DNA of 64,000 nucleotides from Albugo candida (Eukaryota): NCBI GenBank assembly GCA_040437565.1, contig JBDOQK010000052.1, positions 1 to 64,000 of the forward strand, read 5' to 3'. Shown piece by piece: positions 39,082 to 51,546 of this stretch (position 1 is its first letter; each line of letters starts with the position of its first letter). The notes under the pieces were generated by a model. It saw only the letters and a program-made list of their open reading frames with translations, ran no database searches and was not told where the DNA came from. The position numbers and the translations under genes were made by a program.

Positions 39082-39609
39082 TTGCTTCCCACCAAGATAC
39101 AAATGATTGAAAGGGTGGGATGGCTTAAAAATTTTTTGTGCTGTGACCCGAGCTTAGTCGATCTTTAACGAAGCAAGAAGACTGCCATACCAGTTATAGA
39201 ATAAGATCTATGAGACATTTTCTGGGTTGTTTGGCAGACAGGGTTAGTGGCAACGCTAGCTTTTAGCGCAATTGCATTTGCGAATACAAAAGTGGAGGGT
39301 ACCCTTCCCAAAGGTGCACTCGGCAGGAAAATAGCGTGGTAGTCTCTGGGCCATAAGTACCCTTAGCATTGCAGGGTATCAGCTTTGACAAGCACTTTAA
39401 CATTTCGTAATGTACTGTTCCCGCTAAATTGCGATATCAAGACGACTCAAGGTACAGTACCAGTATGTTCATTGCGTACATTTAGAGAGAAAATACGACA
39501 ACGACGATAGTCAGACCCGTGTGCACTAGTTATGAAATAATGGTACTTTGCGTATCACATGATGAATGGTAACAATGAGACCGTGCAAGGATTCCGTCCG
39601 AAAGCCCGT

Positions 39610-40163
39610 CAACGACCTGATTGAAGTATTGTTATACGTTGAGGGTATCTCTGCGTTGTTATGAACGCTATTATAAAGGAACCGATTTTCAGCATATGCT
39701 TTGGAGAGTTGACACAGTTCAGAAAGGTGATTCAACTATTGATCGATCGCTGGTCACATTACAAGGACCAGGATCTAGAGTCTAGTATTACTTGGAATGC
39801 AGCGCTAAAAGGAGTTGATGTGATTCTGAGCACATGTGATTACACTGGTGACGATGGATTCGAATTATCGATTCCTAGCTCCCATATGGAGCGATTTGCT
39901 CAGTTAGATTCCGACACGATTTCTGTTCTCTAATTTGGATTAGGAGCACGAGAAAATTTTCATTTACGAGAAGAATTTTGCTTGCATGGTCAAGATATCA
40001 CGACTACAACAACACCCATCCGAGCCATTCAAGCTTGGATAATGACAAGTGATGGCTTGAGCAGGGTGGCTTCCCGGGTCACGCCATCATTATAGACTCG
40101 CGCAACAATAGGAGCTTTTGTCAAAGGAGTGTTGGTTTTGCATTTAAAGCTACGGCTTTTCGA
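39610..40163 (+). pseudogene. gcvT: gcvT pseudogene (internal segment)
   Basis: [31 protein letters not shown]; stops and deletions. Confidence 0.9.
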
Positions 40164-40306
40164 ATTCCAGTTGAGAGGGTTGTCACTTATGTGTGGCTAC
40201 TTCATTTGACTTGCAAGTATAGTCTATGAATTATATAAATCACTAGATATGAGCAACATGGTTGATAAATCCAAATGCAGCCCTTGGTAAGGAGTGAAGT
40301 TCGATC

Positions 40307-41335
40307 TCAACGACGTATCATTAGTGTATGCTGCTGATCATGCATGTATACTCTCCTGCAATTGCGAATGCAGGGTTTGTATGGAGTTGGAGGACAAATA
40401 TGGTCCCCGTTCCGACAGTATCTGCTGGCTGTAATTCTAGTCACGGACAATGAACAATCTTTTTTAGAATTCGTCAATACAGAGACACCACGACTATTAT
40501 GCCGGGATGAAAAGAAGACTACTGGGTTATCCGCAGTCATGAAAGAATTTATAGCGCTGAAAACGTGGCTTGTAGTAAACTCTTCTCTTAACAAAGCTGA
40601 CCAATTACAATGATCTTGACTTGATAGCATAGCATTTTTTCAAGTGGATAAGCGTTGATTTCATACAAAGAGCAGTATTTTATAAGTCAAAATTAGCTGT
40701 ACATCTATCTAATCGCCATTTGCATAGTAACGCAAATCCTTATGCATGCTAGATGTATCTTACAAGATAACGCTCTTGATGGTGGCTTCGTGGTCGGAGA
40801 TACGATGTAGAGAAAACTGTTTTTGGGAAGCTAGCCCTCGAATTTATAGTAAGACTAAACGTATTGAAGCGTCATGTACCACATTGAGCTCAGAAATCAA
40901 GGCTTCTTTCACGAGTAAAACTTCAGCTAGCTTTCTCGACGATGATACAGTAGCTTCTCCTGTTTCTGAAGCAGCAAATGATTGCCGACCAATGAGCCCG
41001 ACAAAGATTCACGATCATTTTCGGTGATTATCTGACGGTATTTGGCGAGCACCTCATACACTTTTGCTTACCGTAATCAGCTCATGAGAGATTCATTGAC
41101 TGTGATAATATTGGAGTGTTCATCCACGTCTTCCACTGCGTTTTCGTCATGCTGTCTTTGTAGCGCCCTGGAATCTGGTATTCCACGAATTGTCACTTTC
41201 CTAAGAGAAATGCAAGTCTTAATGTAGTGATCGTCCTCCTTCCTGCATGTAGTGCATTCGATGGTCAAAGGAAAAGGAGCTCCAAATAGCGGAATGGATA
41301 ATTGCAACACTAGCACTTCAAATGATCAAATGCAA
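40307..41335 (-). pseudogene. Family B secreted-gene pseudogene, copy 2 (CxxC after a signal-like segment)
   Basis: Start codon lost (ATT TGA), then FEVLVLQLSIPLFGA...ECTTCRKEDDHYIKTC; body HKDLRYYANGD*IDVQL. Confidence 0.55.
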
Positions 41336-41769
41336 GTCGGCAAATGTTCTCAGTGGATGGAGAGGTTCGCCAAGTCGAACGAACATGACTAGAATGTTGC
41401 ATGAGGTGGCACAACTGTGCTAATTGGCCCTGCGTCATTGTCGGAAAAAGAAGTCGAAGACGCATTCTTTACCAATAGAGACCGAAATTGACTGGAGATC
41501 CTGTTGTCATTTGATATTGTTTCGTGAATGGGAGTATGTAATGTCGCACAACTTGCATTCACGACATAATTAGGTGGCTACCAATTGGTATTCATTTAGA
41601 TCTATGAGGAAGGTTTTGTTTCGTTATAGAACATTGTAAAAACGTGGCAGAGTAAATTTGATAGCAACACCGACACTTGACGGTCGCAATCACTGAACCA
41701 AAAGCGGAATTTATTCTTGTCACAGGTGAACACGGCAGAAGGTAGAAACACCATTGACGACGCAGATAC

Positions 41770-42200
41770 GGAAATAATTTACCGCCTGGCTAGTGATCGA
41801 GTATTAGGCGAAACCGCTTGCCATTCTGGGAATGGCTTGGATATCTGACAATAAATGGATGATTTCATCCGCAGATGGATCACTATCTCGCACTTGATAT
41901 GAAGCAACTGCTGTAGACGGAGAATCTTGACAGCATACAATTTTGTCGGGTTATTACGAAGATGCACTCGTCCGAATGTTCCACTTTCTACGTTGCAAGA
42001 TACCTTCACGTCATAGCAGAATCAGCAAAGGATGTGGGTTTGTACCCAGAGCATCAAGTACTTGAAAGTCATCTCAAGAATGACATATTCTATCAGATGT
42101 CATAATATTGACAGAATGAAATGAAGATAATGGAGAGTTCTTCTCACGTGGTCTAAGACTTTCAAAAGCCGGGTGCGAAGCGACCATTAGTCGAGGTCCA
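41770..42200 (-). pseudogene. Truncated, decayed PKA catalytic subunit copy
   Basis: GTFGRVHLRNNPTKLYAVKILRLQQLLHIKCEI; aligns to 50820-51309. Confidence 0.9.
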
Positions 42201-42411
42201 TACTGACTAAGATACAAACATGGTATAAAGTATTTGCGTAAGATAATCACTAAGAGCCAGGTGGAATATGCTCATACACATTTATTCGCGTATGTATGAC
42301 CTAGAATTCTCTTACAGGCGTGGACAAGTCCAAATAAAATTCAGGCATTAATGCAGCAATTAATTAACACACAACACGATGCAATCTTGAAGCGTCATCT
42401 TTGATGATGTA

Positions 42412-43332
42412 AATGGAGACGAAAGGAGTCAAAGGGAAGGAATAGAGAGGGTCTCAGCGTAATGTTCGAAGAAGCACATACGAGTGCAATTGTGAAAGCA
42501 GTGCATGCTCTGAGACAGCCTATAGAAGAGCAGCCGATTAGCTCTGTCGGTGAGAACCTCAGCGGCACTGTTCCACTTGCCGACATTGATGCAATACGGT
42601 AGTATAATCAGAGCGGGAACGGTTTTCTTACACGTAGAGACTTTTTGGAGCTACTAAGAGATTATGCATTGCCTTTTTCGAACGATATGACTAATGTCAA
42701 TGCACAATATCGAATGGAGAACGAGAGGATTCCGGTTGCTCTCACTGACTCAGTCGGAATGCCGCTTGGGTTTATCCGAACTGATCACAATTCAGATTTC
42801 GAAGCCGGTCAATTATTGGAGAGATACGATCGAGATCGATCGGGAATGATGAATTCATCAAACTCCATACATTCCTCACCGATGTTCGACCTCAATTACA
42901 GCATTTTGTGCAGGATCTACAAGCAAAGACATACAATCGGAAATCCGATAAGAAAAGATGCGTGCAAGATTTTGCGCGTGAATGAACACATTCCAGGAGG
43001 ACAAGTTGCTTGTAAAGAAGGAGACGGGATTAGATTGTGATGAGAAGAAAGCTCAGGTCCATAGCGAGCAATGGGAGCTCCATACACTGTGTAAAGATGA
43101 ATTACTTCTCGTCGTCAGCATCTTGCTGAAACGGTAAGAGGATACACATTCGAAACGATTTATAAAGTGAATAATCATGCGATGGAAGCAATAAATGCTG
43201 AATTCCGCGCTTTCTACCAAAATCGAACGCCTATGAGAAGCAACAGGGTCGACAAGTATAATAGTGATGCACCCGATGTTGCTCCAACACTCGACTCGCT
43301 TCACGCGATGAGTGATCGCAAGCTGATGTAAA
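42412..43332 (+). pseudogene. Decayed copy of the EF-hand/coiled-coil gene
   Basis: LLRDYA...MENERIPVALTDSVGMPLGFIRTDHNSDFEAGQL matches the 51547 gene; frameshifts. Confidence 0.9.
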
Positions 43333-43334
43333 CT

Positions 43335-43605
43335 CATTTCCGATCAGTACTCGTACGCAAGAAAAGTATATTGTTTTGTCTTTGTTCATTGCGTGCATGT
43401 CTCTCGATTTTCTCGATGCGATTACATATTAGGCCGGAAGGAATCAATATTGAGTCAACATTTCGATGACAGTAATGGGAAATTACGAAATTGGATACGC
43501 TTTTTGATGCTGTATTCGATTTTTGGATTACAGAATTCGCAGATGTCCACAATCATTCGATAAAACTGAGGCAAAGGACCTGAGGCAAGGCTTTCATTTT
43601 CCATT
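43335..43605 (-). pseudogene. HPRT: HPRT 5' fragment pseudogene
   Basis: TSANSVIQKSNTASKSVSNFVISHYCHRNVDSILIPSGLICNRIEKI. Confidence 0.88.
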
Positions 43606-43921
43606 GGGATCAGGCCAGTGAGCGGTTAGTCACGCAGGAGGTTTCCGTTAGTAAATGTGTGCAAGCCGCACTTGCGACATAGTCTTTGTACTGAACAGGC
43701 ATTCAGTGTACCGTAAAAAGCGAGCCCCTCTACCAGATGCAAGTCGTTTCATTTGGAGTGTGGATGGCGCTTAGAGCATAGAATGAAAAGCTCGCCAAAC
43801 GTGATGTAAAGAGCACAAAGTGCACGAGTAGGCACATGAGGAGCGAAGAAAGTATTAATACAGAGGACATCAAGAACTGCGATGTATTTTAGGATCAGAT
43901 TAACTTGATTGATGCGGATCT

Positions 43922-44358
43922 TCATGATCGAAGGCTTTTGAAAGGCTTGCCACATAAACTCCCTACATAATCAGTGTAAGAAAATTAACAAGCAACCTCA
44001 ACGACGAAACGAATATATCCTCACCTACGCATGAGAGGCAATTTGCGAGAGCTGTGTGAACTTGTGCTCCAATTGGATGATTGAAGTTAAGCTCAGGTTC
44101 TAATGGAGGCCCATCCGCAGAGCGAATGCTTCGGACGTTATTTGAAACATGCGCCGAATCTTCAGCTTCATCTGGATTCTTACTTTTACATATCACCTTG
44201 ATAATAGGCGGTTTTTTTGGTCCTGTGGCACGTGAGCCCTCTTGGAAAATAAGATTTTCGCACTTCTTTTCACATTCTTTCCGAGTTATTTCTTCAGTGC
44301 CTTCGCATCTGTGGTTGGTAACTGACGCAACGAAGAAAATAAGGGGTACCACACGCAT
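43922..44358 (-). CDS. Small secreted Cys-rich protein, family A copy 3
   Basis: MRVVPLIFFVASVTNHRCEG; intron after CLSCV gives CLSCV-GSLCGKPFKSLRS*. Confidence 0.75.
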
Positions 44359-44606
44359 TTGCTTGCAACCAAAATAAAAAATGACTGGAAAAGGTGCTGT
44401 GGCTGGAGATCTGTTTTGTATTTATTCGGGATTGTTCGATCCCCTCACCTGATAGCACTGACGATTGAACAAGTTGACTACCAGTAAATTTGGAATGAGA
44501 GATTCCCTACGTATTCGTTCCAAATATTATAAAAATTTGGCGCAGTATATTTGTGGCAACGTTACCATTCCGTGAAGTAAGAGAAGTGGAAGATGCTCGC
44601 TTCAAA

Positions 44607-44613
44607 GGTGCAC
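44607..44613. promoter_or_regulatory. Conserved GGTGCAC box upstream of family A genes (also at 39313, 45777, 48497, 55285, and 57638 reverse)
   Basis: Same motif and context (ctt..aaaggtgcac) 200-260 bp upstream of five family A start codons. Confidence 0.5.
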
Positions 44614-45091
44614 TGCAGAAAATTGCGACAATTATCAGCTTTTACGAGCACTTCAGCAATGCATAACATGGGATATCTAGATATCGCACGGTAGCATTGT
44701 TCTGATTGCGCGCTTTAATAAAATGAATGCAGAGCCGACGAGAGTATCATGTGCACACGAGGTATTGCGCGGTATACGGTAAAAAAAAANNNNNNNNNNN
44801 NNNNNNNNNNNNNNNNNNNNNNNNNNNNNNNNNNNNNNNNNNNNNNNNNNNNNNNNNNNNNNNNNNNNNNNNNNNNNNNNNNNNNNNNNGCGAGCCCCTC
44901 TACCAGATGCAAGTCGTTTCATTTGGAGTGTGGATGGCGCTTAGAGCATAGAATGAAAAGCTCGCCAAACGTGATGTAAAGAGCACAAAGTGCACGAGTA
45001 GGCACATGAGGAGCGAAGAAAGTATTAATACAGAGGACATCAAGAACTGCGATGTATTTTAGGATCAGATTAACTTGATTGATGCGGATCT

Positions 45092-45528
45092 TCATGATCG
45101 AAGGCTTTTGAAAGGCTTGCCACATAAACTCCCTACATAATCAGTGTAAGAAAATTAACAAGCAACCTCAACGACGAAACGAATATATCCTCACCTACGC
45201 ATGAGAGGCAATTTGCGAGAGCTGTGTGAACTTGTGCTCCAATTGGATGATTGAAGTTAAGCTCAGGTTCTAATGGAGGCCCATCCGCAGAGCGAATGCT
45301 TCGGACGTTATTTGAAACATGCGCCGAATCTTCAGCTTCATCTGGATTCTTACTTTTACATATCACCTTGATAATAGGCGGTTTTTTTGGTCCTGTGGCA
45401 CGTGAGCCCTCTTGGAAAATAAGATTTTCGCACTTCTTTTCACATTCTTTCCGAGTTATTTCTTCAGTGCCTTCGCATCTGTGGTTGGTAACTGACGCAA
45501 CGAAGAAAATAAGGGGTACCACACGCAT
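45092..45528 (-). CDS. Identical copy of family A copy 3 (likely assembly duplicate: 43720-44789 = 44890-45959)
   Basis: Exact repeat across an N gap. Confidence 0.65.
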
Positions 45529-46009
45529 TTGCTTGCAACCAAAATAAAAAATGACTGGAAAAGGTGCTGTGGCTGGAGATCTGTTTTGTATTTATTCGGG
45601 ATTGTTCGATCCCCTCACCTGATAGCACTGACGATTGAACAAGTTGACTACCAGTAAATTTGGAATGAGAGATTCCCTACGTATTCGTTCCAAATATTAT
45701 AAAAATTTGGCGCAGTATATTTGTGGCAACGTTACCATTCCGTGAAGTAAGAGAAGTGGAAGATGCTCGCTTCAAAGGTGCACTGCAGAAAATTGCGACA
45801 ATTATCAGCTTTTACGAGCACTTCAGCAATGCATAACATGGGATATCTAGATATCGCACGGTAGCATTGTTCTGATTGCGCGCTTTAATAAAATGAATGC
45901 AGAGCCGACGAGAGTATCATGTGCACACGAGGTATTGCGCGGTATACGGTAAAAAAAAACGATGATTGGTGCCAATAAAGTTCAGACATGATCCCGGTCT
46001 GGAGCCCGT

Positions 46010-46830
46010 CAACGACCTTATTGTATTAAATTATCATCTATGCGTTACACCTTTACTTCGTTATGAGTAATGGTAATGATGGAATGGTCTCCGGAAATGC
46101 ATCGAGACTTGCAACACTTCAAAGAAGATGCAACTATTGAGGTTCGAGATGATTACTCCCTGATTGCATTACAACGACCGGGAACTGTGGATACTTTGGG
46201 TAAACGGAATGTTTGCGTTGGTGAGTTTGTAGGACCCGGAATCTATGAGGGTTTGTGTACCAACATCACTTGTAATGCAACTTTGAAAAGAGTGGATGTG
46301 GTTCTCAATCAATGTGGTTACACTGGTGAGGATGGGATGGATTCGAGTTGTGGATTTTTATGTCATGTGGAGCAATGCGCTTGATCATTATTACGACACG
46401 ATTCTGTTCCCGAAGCTAGATTAGGAGCAAGAGACGGTTAAGATATCACTCTACAACAACGCTCATTCAAGCTAGTCTGGCTTGCAAAATTCACAAGCGA
46501 CGTCGCGAGCAGGGCGGATTTCTCGGGATATGTCATCACCATGGATCAGCTCATGTGTATAAGCTCTTGTCAAAAGCGTATGGATTCTATATATGAAGGC
46601 ACAACGATCAAATTGGTATGATCATAAATGAGCGAATTGTGGGCAAAGTGACCAGCGAAACCTTCAGTTCGGGTTGCAAACGTCACTTGGAATGGCATGT
46701 ATCGGCAAGGATGCACTTCAGTCTTATCGAAAGTGCCTGCAAGCAAAAAACAAGAAATGTTTCTAAGCATTACAAAAATGCCATTTGTACCATCACATTG
46801 TTGCAAAAAAACACTAGGAGTGCAGGAGAT
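46010..46830 (+). pseudogene. gcvT: gcvT pseudogene (internal segment through the 3' end)
   Basis: [49 protein letters not shown]. Confidence 0.9.
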
Positions 46831-46981
46831 TGTCACATCGGTGAGTCCTACTCAATTTGACTTACATAGTCTATGACGTCATTTGCAAATTAGCAGATTA
46901 TGAAAGTATCACACTTTGAATTTAGCCTTTGCAACGAATGATTGTCAAATCTCTGCGCCGTGTCTTAATTGTATGCCCTGA

Positions 46982-47415
46982 TCATGCATTACACTCCTGA
47001 ACCTCGTGAATGTGAATCAACATGGAACTTAAAATATAGAGTGCCATTTCGATGTGTAGTTGCAAACCGAGATAATGAACAATCTCTGGAGGCAGGTCAT
47101 TTCGCTTCTCTCGATAGCAGTTTAAGTGACATTGGGCAAGGTAGGACAATAAGGAGAAGTTAGATTCCAAGACACAGGAATCGGCAGTCTTTAAGTTAAT
47201 ATTATAGAAATACGCCGGGATTCTATATCCGCATGATAGGGAGACTACTGAATTGGCAACAGTCATGAACAACGTCGTCAAGTAAAAATGTTGACTGTCG
47301 TCAACTCTTCTCCCAGTAAAGTTACAGCACAAATTTGATTTGGCGGCCGGACAAGATATAGCTGTACATCTATTTCATCGCCGCTTGCATAGTAACGCAG
47401 CACCGCATGCATACG
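46982..47415 (-). pseudogene. Family B body fragment fused to an HPRT 5' fragment
   Basis: HAVLRYYASGDEIDVQLYL aligns with the ~40745 region. Confidence 0.55.
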
Positions 47416-47535
47416 AGTGAGGCAAAGGACCCAAAATAAAATAAGGCTTCCTTTACCATTCATAGCAGGGCTTCGTGCACAGTATCAATCGCATGGAAGT
47501 AAGTACTGTCGGTGAGCGGATAAGTCACGCGAGAG
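47415..47535 (-). pseudogene. HPRT: HPRT promoter, ATG and intron-1 fragment
   Basis: gtgaggcaaaggaccc...aataaggctt...tttaccattca..gcagggctt.gtg...tactgt.ggtgagcggataagtcacgc matches 54257-54370. Confidence 0.8.
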
Positions 47536-47796
47536 TTTCTTACATTTCAAGTACGAATGTCGTAAAGGAATTGTACTTTAGGCAGCGGTACGCAATTGTT
47601 GTTGTAGTCGACGGGCATTTATGTAACTCAAAAGTGAGCCAGTCTCTCTTGAATACATTCGTTACATTCGTCTCGTTGGCAGATTGAAACGCACTCACAG
47701 CACTGAAAGAAAAAGCTCCTTGAGATGAACGAACGTGATGAAAAGTACACGAGATGGACAAATATGCACCAAAAGAAAACATTGGTACAGACGCAA

Positions 47797-48296
47797 TCAA
47801 GAGCTAGGATGTATATCAAAATTTGGTAAACTCGCTGGTTGCTGGTTTCTCTCAGATCTGAATATTGGAGGATTACCCAGCGTCAGGCATTTTCCTACGT
47901 TATTAGGGTGAGTAGATCGATAAGCAACATGACTCACCAAAAGAACATATCCTCACCTATACAAAGTGAGCAGCTCGAGGACCTCTGATTCACGGATCTC
48001 TCTGACAAATACCCATCGGTAGAGCCAATGATTGTATCGTCCGTTGGAACACGCGCCGTCTGTGTTGGAGCTTCATTGCAGAGTCAGGCTTTTGCTCAAA
48101 TAAAAAGAGTCTGAATTTTACCATTAAGCTGCACAGCTATCTTCTGCTTATTTTTGGCGTCTGTTTCGGAAGTTGGAGAAGTTACAAATACATCATTTGC
48201 AGGTTTCTTTGTGCAGTTCGTACATTTATCTTTAGTGCCATCGCATTTGTAGATGATGCCTGCAGCAGTGAAAAATAAAAGGGATACCGCACGCAT
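47797..48296 (-). pseudogene. Family A copy 4, with premature stops
   Basis: MRAVSLLFFTAAGIIYKCDG; TGA at ~48096 and ~48084; the same frame resumes to CSLCI followed by the conserved gtgag intron. Confidence 0.7.
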
Positions 48297-48779
48297 TTGC
48301 TTTCGACCAAATTATAAAATGACTGGTAGGAGTTGTGATTGTGTCTCGTCAGCCGACACTGGAAGTTCAAAGGTAGCTACAGTAATTCTAAAGTGGGACG
48401 TAAGAGAGATATTCGTGGCATAGCAGTGTGAGAAGCAACGATGGCATTTAGCACAATTGCAATGATTGGGCAAAAGCGGATACTAATATCTCCGAAGGTG
48501 CACGCGGGAAGAAAATCTTTGTAGCGTGATCGCGTCTGAAAATCTTCTACAATTCGAGAGAGTTTATCCGCTTTGACAAGCAATTCAGCAGTGCAAAATA
48601 CAGCTCCGCTACCTGAGACGCTTGCCGGTACCTTTATGTTCATTGCGTACTTTTGAAGAATTTAGGCAACCCGGAGTGGACTAGACCTTATGCACGAGGT
48701 ATTGCGTGGAGTGCCGTCACATTGCGTTCAAGAAAGGCGATGATTGGTAGCATTTAGAAGGTCCCGGCGGAAACCCCAC

Positions 48780-49365
48780 CAACGACCTGACACGATCAAA
48801 TTATATCTATACATTACAGTAGGAAGGCATTGTGAACTGGAAATTCAGAAAAACGATCTGCAGCATACGCATCGAGAATTGGAACAGTTCAAATGATATG
48901 CGACTATTCAGATCCAGGATGACCGCTCGCTGGTCGCATTGCAGGTACCGAAAGCAGCGGAAACTTTGAATAACGGAATGCTTGCCTCGGTAAATTTTCA
49001 GGAAGTGGAATTCGTGAGGATTTTGATATCACCACCATTGGTGATACACGGAGTTGATGCTCTTCTCACCCGATGTGGTGGTACTGGTGAGGATGGATTT
49101 GAAACGTCAATTCCTAATTCCCATGTGGAGCAACTCGCTTGATAATTATTACGACACGATCCTGTTTTTGAAGCGCATGAGACAGTATTTATTGAGAAAA
49201 GGATTGTGTTTGCACGATTACGATATCACTCTACAACAAGGTCCATTTAAGCCATTATGGCTCGCACAATTGGCAAGTGAAGTCGCGAGCAGGGCGGGTT
49301 TCTAATACATACGTCATCACCACGGATCAGCTCAAGTATATAGGCTCCTGTCAGAAACGAATTAC
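48780..49365 (+). pseudogene. gcvT: gcvT pseudogene (internal segment)
   Basis: GVDALLTRCGGTGEDGFETSIPNSHVEQLA. Confidence 0.9.
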
Positions 49366-49599
49366 TATATGTGCACTCTCCTGGAATCGAATATGTGCCT
49401 CTAGTGAAGTGATTATAGCGCTTTTCCATAGTAAGCATTACCAGCAATAATGAGACGATTGTTATACTCAGATTGATCAGTGGATTTCACGTCTCCATCA
49501 TTATATACACCAAGCTTCGATGCATACGTGACTAGACCAGTAGAGAAATCTCATTTGATATAGTTGATCCATCTTTCTCGCCTGTAGCAGCTTCTCAGG

Positions 49600-49970
49600 T
49601 TGCTGAGGCTACGAAATCAAAGGAGACCAATGATTCCGACTAAACTTTAATATTATTATTTGGACTAGCTGGGAGTGCTGATGGTGCAAAGGTTCTTGAG
49701 GGCACCTCTTGCATACACTCGCGTTTACCGTGAGTGGCCCATTTGAGATGGATTGATTCGAAACAATTCTGGGGCGGTCATTATTTACGTCAGCCAATAC
49801 GTCTCATTAAACTCTTTCTCTAGTGTAGAAACATTTGACATGCCGAGAATTGTCACTATCCTAAACAAGCAAGTCGTAATAGAGCGATCCTCTTTGTTCC
49901 TGCATTTATGTTTGAAGCTTAAGTAGCGATATGACTGATTACATCACTACCGCTTTGCACCATTGCATGC
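49600..49970 (-). pseudogene. Family B secreted-gene pseudogene, copy 3
   Basis: ATG CAA TGG TGC AAA GCG GTA GTG ATG TAA aligns with ~41332; shared downstream gacttgc...ttagga.agtgacaatt. Confidence 0.55.
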
Positions 49971-50819
49971 AAGTCGGTAAATCAAATCTGTGGATGAAAA
50001 GGCTTGCCAAGTCGCCCGCAGGTGTATAAATAGTAGTAGGAAGTGGTACGAGAATGCGCAAGACTGGCTTGAAGCATATAACTTAGCTCTGTTCTATTAC
50101 AAGGTCAAATGAGCTTGCAGGCTGTGGACTCCCAAGCTCCTCGCAATCTAGCAGACTTGGCTTTACTCTTTTTGCCTCCGAGAACCTTGAAATTTGGGGT
50201 TAGTTGGCTAGCAGGAAGTACACATGCTATCAAAACTGCTAAGGGCTGGTCTGCTTGATGACACAAGGTGGAATCTCCGCGGATGAGACAAGTTTCTTGA
50301 CTTCTTAACGTAGGTCCTTTTTCGTAGACAGCTCACTGCTTCCGATATAATTGTCAATGCGTCAATACAATCGATTGCATTCAACCGTAGAAATTATTTT
50401 AGTACACTTATGTTGTTGCGTTCGATTGTTACTCCAAGCATTTTCTATCATGATCTTGCCAAGTCCCGCTTTGGCGGTATGTTGGTCTCATCCATCGTCA
50501 GAATTCAACCCCCTGAAGAACGCACTCCGCCTACGAATTTGTACTTGAGGTAGACAAAGCATCCTGTATACAACAAGGGCGTTTTTGACTGGAGGTTGTG
50601 TTGTAAGGAATGGACATTTCTCTGTTCATGCACCCGACACTCACGAAACAAGTAGATGGCTACCTATCGTTATGCATTAAAATCCAGGAGATACCTTTGC
50701 GTGTCATTTCGAGAGAAACCATTCAACGTGGCAGAGTAATTTTGAAAGCATTTTTGACGTTTGACGGTTGCAATCATTGCACGAATAGTGGAAAGAAATC
50801 TTCTCAATGGTGCACCTCT

Positions 50820-51309
50820 GAACGCCCTTTTCGACGTACATTCGAAATAATTTACCGCCTTACACGTACTTAAGTATCAGGTACAAACGCCGGTCGCCTG
50901 GAAATGGTTGAGGTATTTGACAATGAATGGATGATTCACGCGCGATAAGATTTCTATCTCGCACTTGATATGATGCAACTGCTGTAGACAAAGAATCTCA
51001 CTCTTTTTGAGGATCTTTAGAGCATAAAACTTTGTCGGGTCATTACGAAGATGCACTAATCGAACGCGACCGAATGTGCCGGTTCCTACGAGGCAGAATA
51101 CGTTGTAGTGGTAGCTGACTGAGCAAAGGATATGTAGTTGTACCGAGCGTATTGAGCACTTCAAAGTCAGTTAATGAGTGACGTATTCTTTCGGATGTCG
51201 TGATATCGACAGGATCGACGGGAGAAGCTGGAGATGTCTTCTCACGTGGTGCAACACCTCCAAAAGCCTGGTGGAAAGCGAGGATTAGTCGAGGTAGTTT
51301 GAGGTCCAT
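50820..51309 (-). pseudogene. PKA catalytic subunit 5' half: intact start and intron 51086-51143, then frameshift and truncation
   Basis: MDLKLPR...DFEVLNTLG|TGTFGRVRLVH...YALKILKKSEI; 1-nt deletion after HFQ and a TAA stop. Confidence 0.88.
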
Positions 51310-51546
51310 AGTATAAAGAATACAAACATGCTCCAAATTGTTTTTCTGAAACATGGACACTACGATACAGGTGGTATCACGGTCATACACACATGTGTTT
51401 GATAAGACAGGTAGAAATGCTCTTACAGGCGCGACAACACGTTCAAAAACCTTCCAGGCTTTTATGTCGCAATTACTTGACACACGAAACGACGCGATCT
51501 TGAAGCGTCATCTTTGATGATTGGAAGAAATTGAAGAGATACCAAA

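Noticed and set aside
43720-45959. Recent tandem duplication of family A copy 3
   Set aside because: Identical across an N gap; counted as one locus
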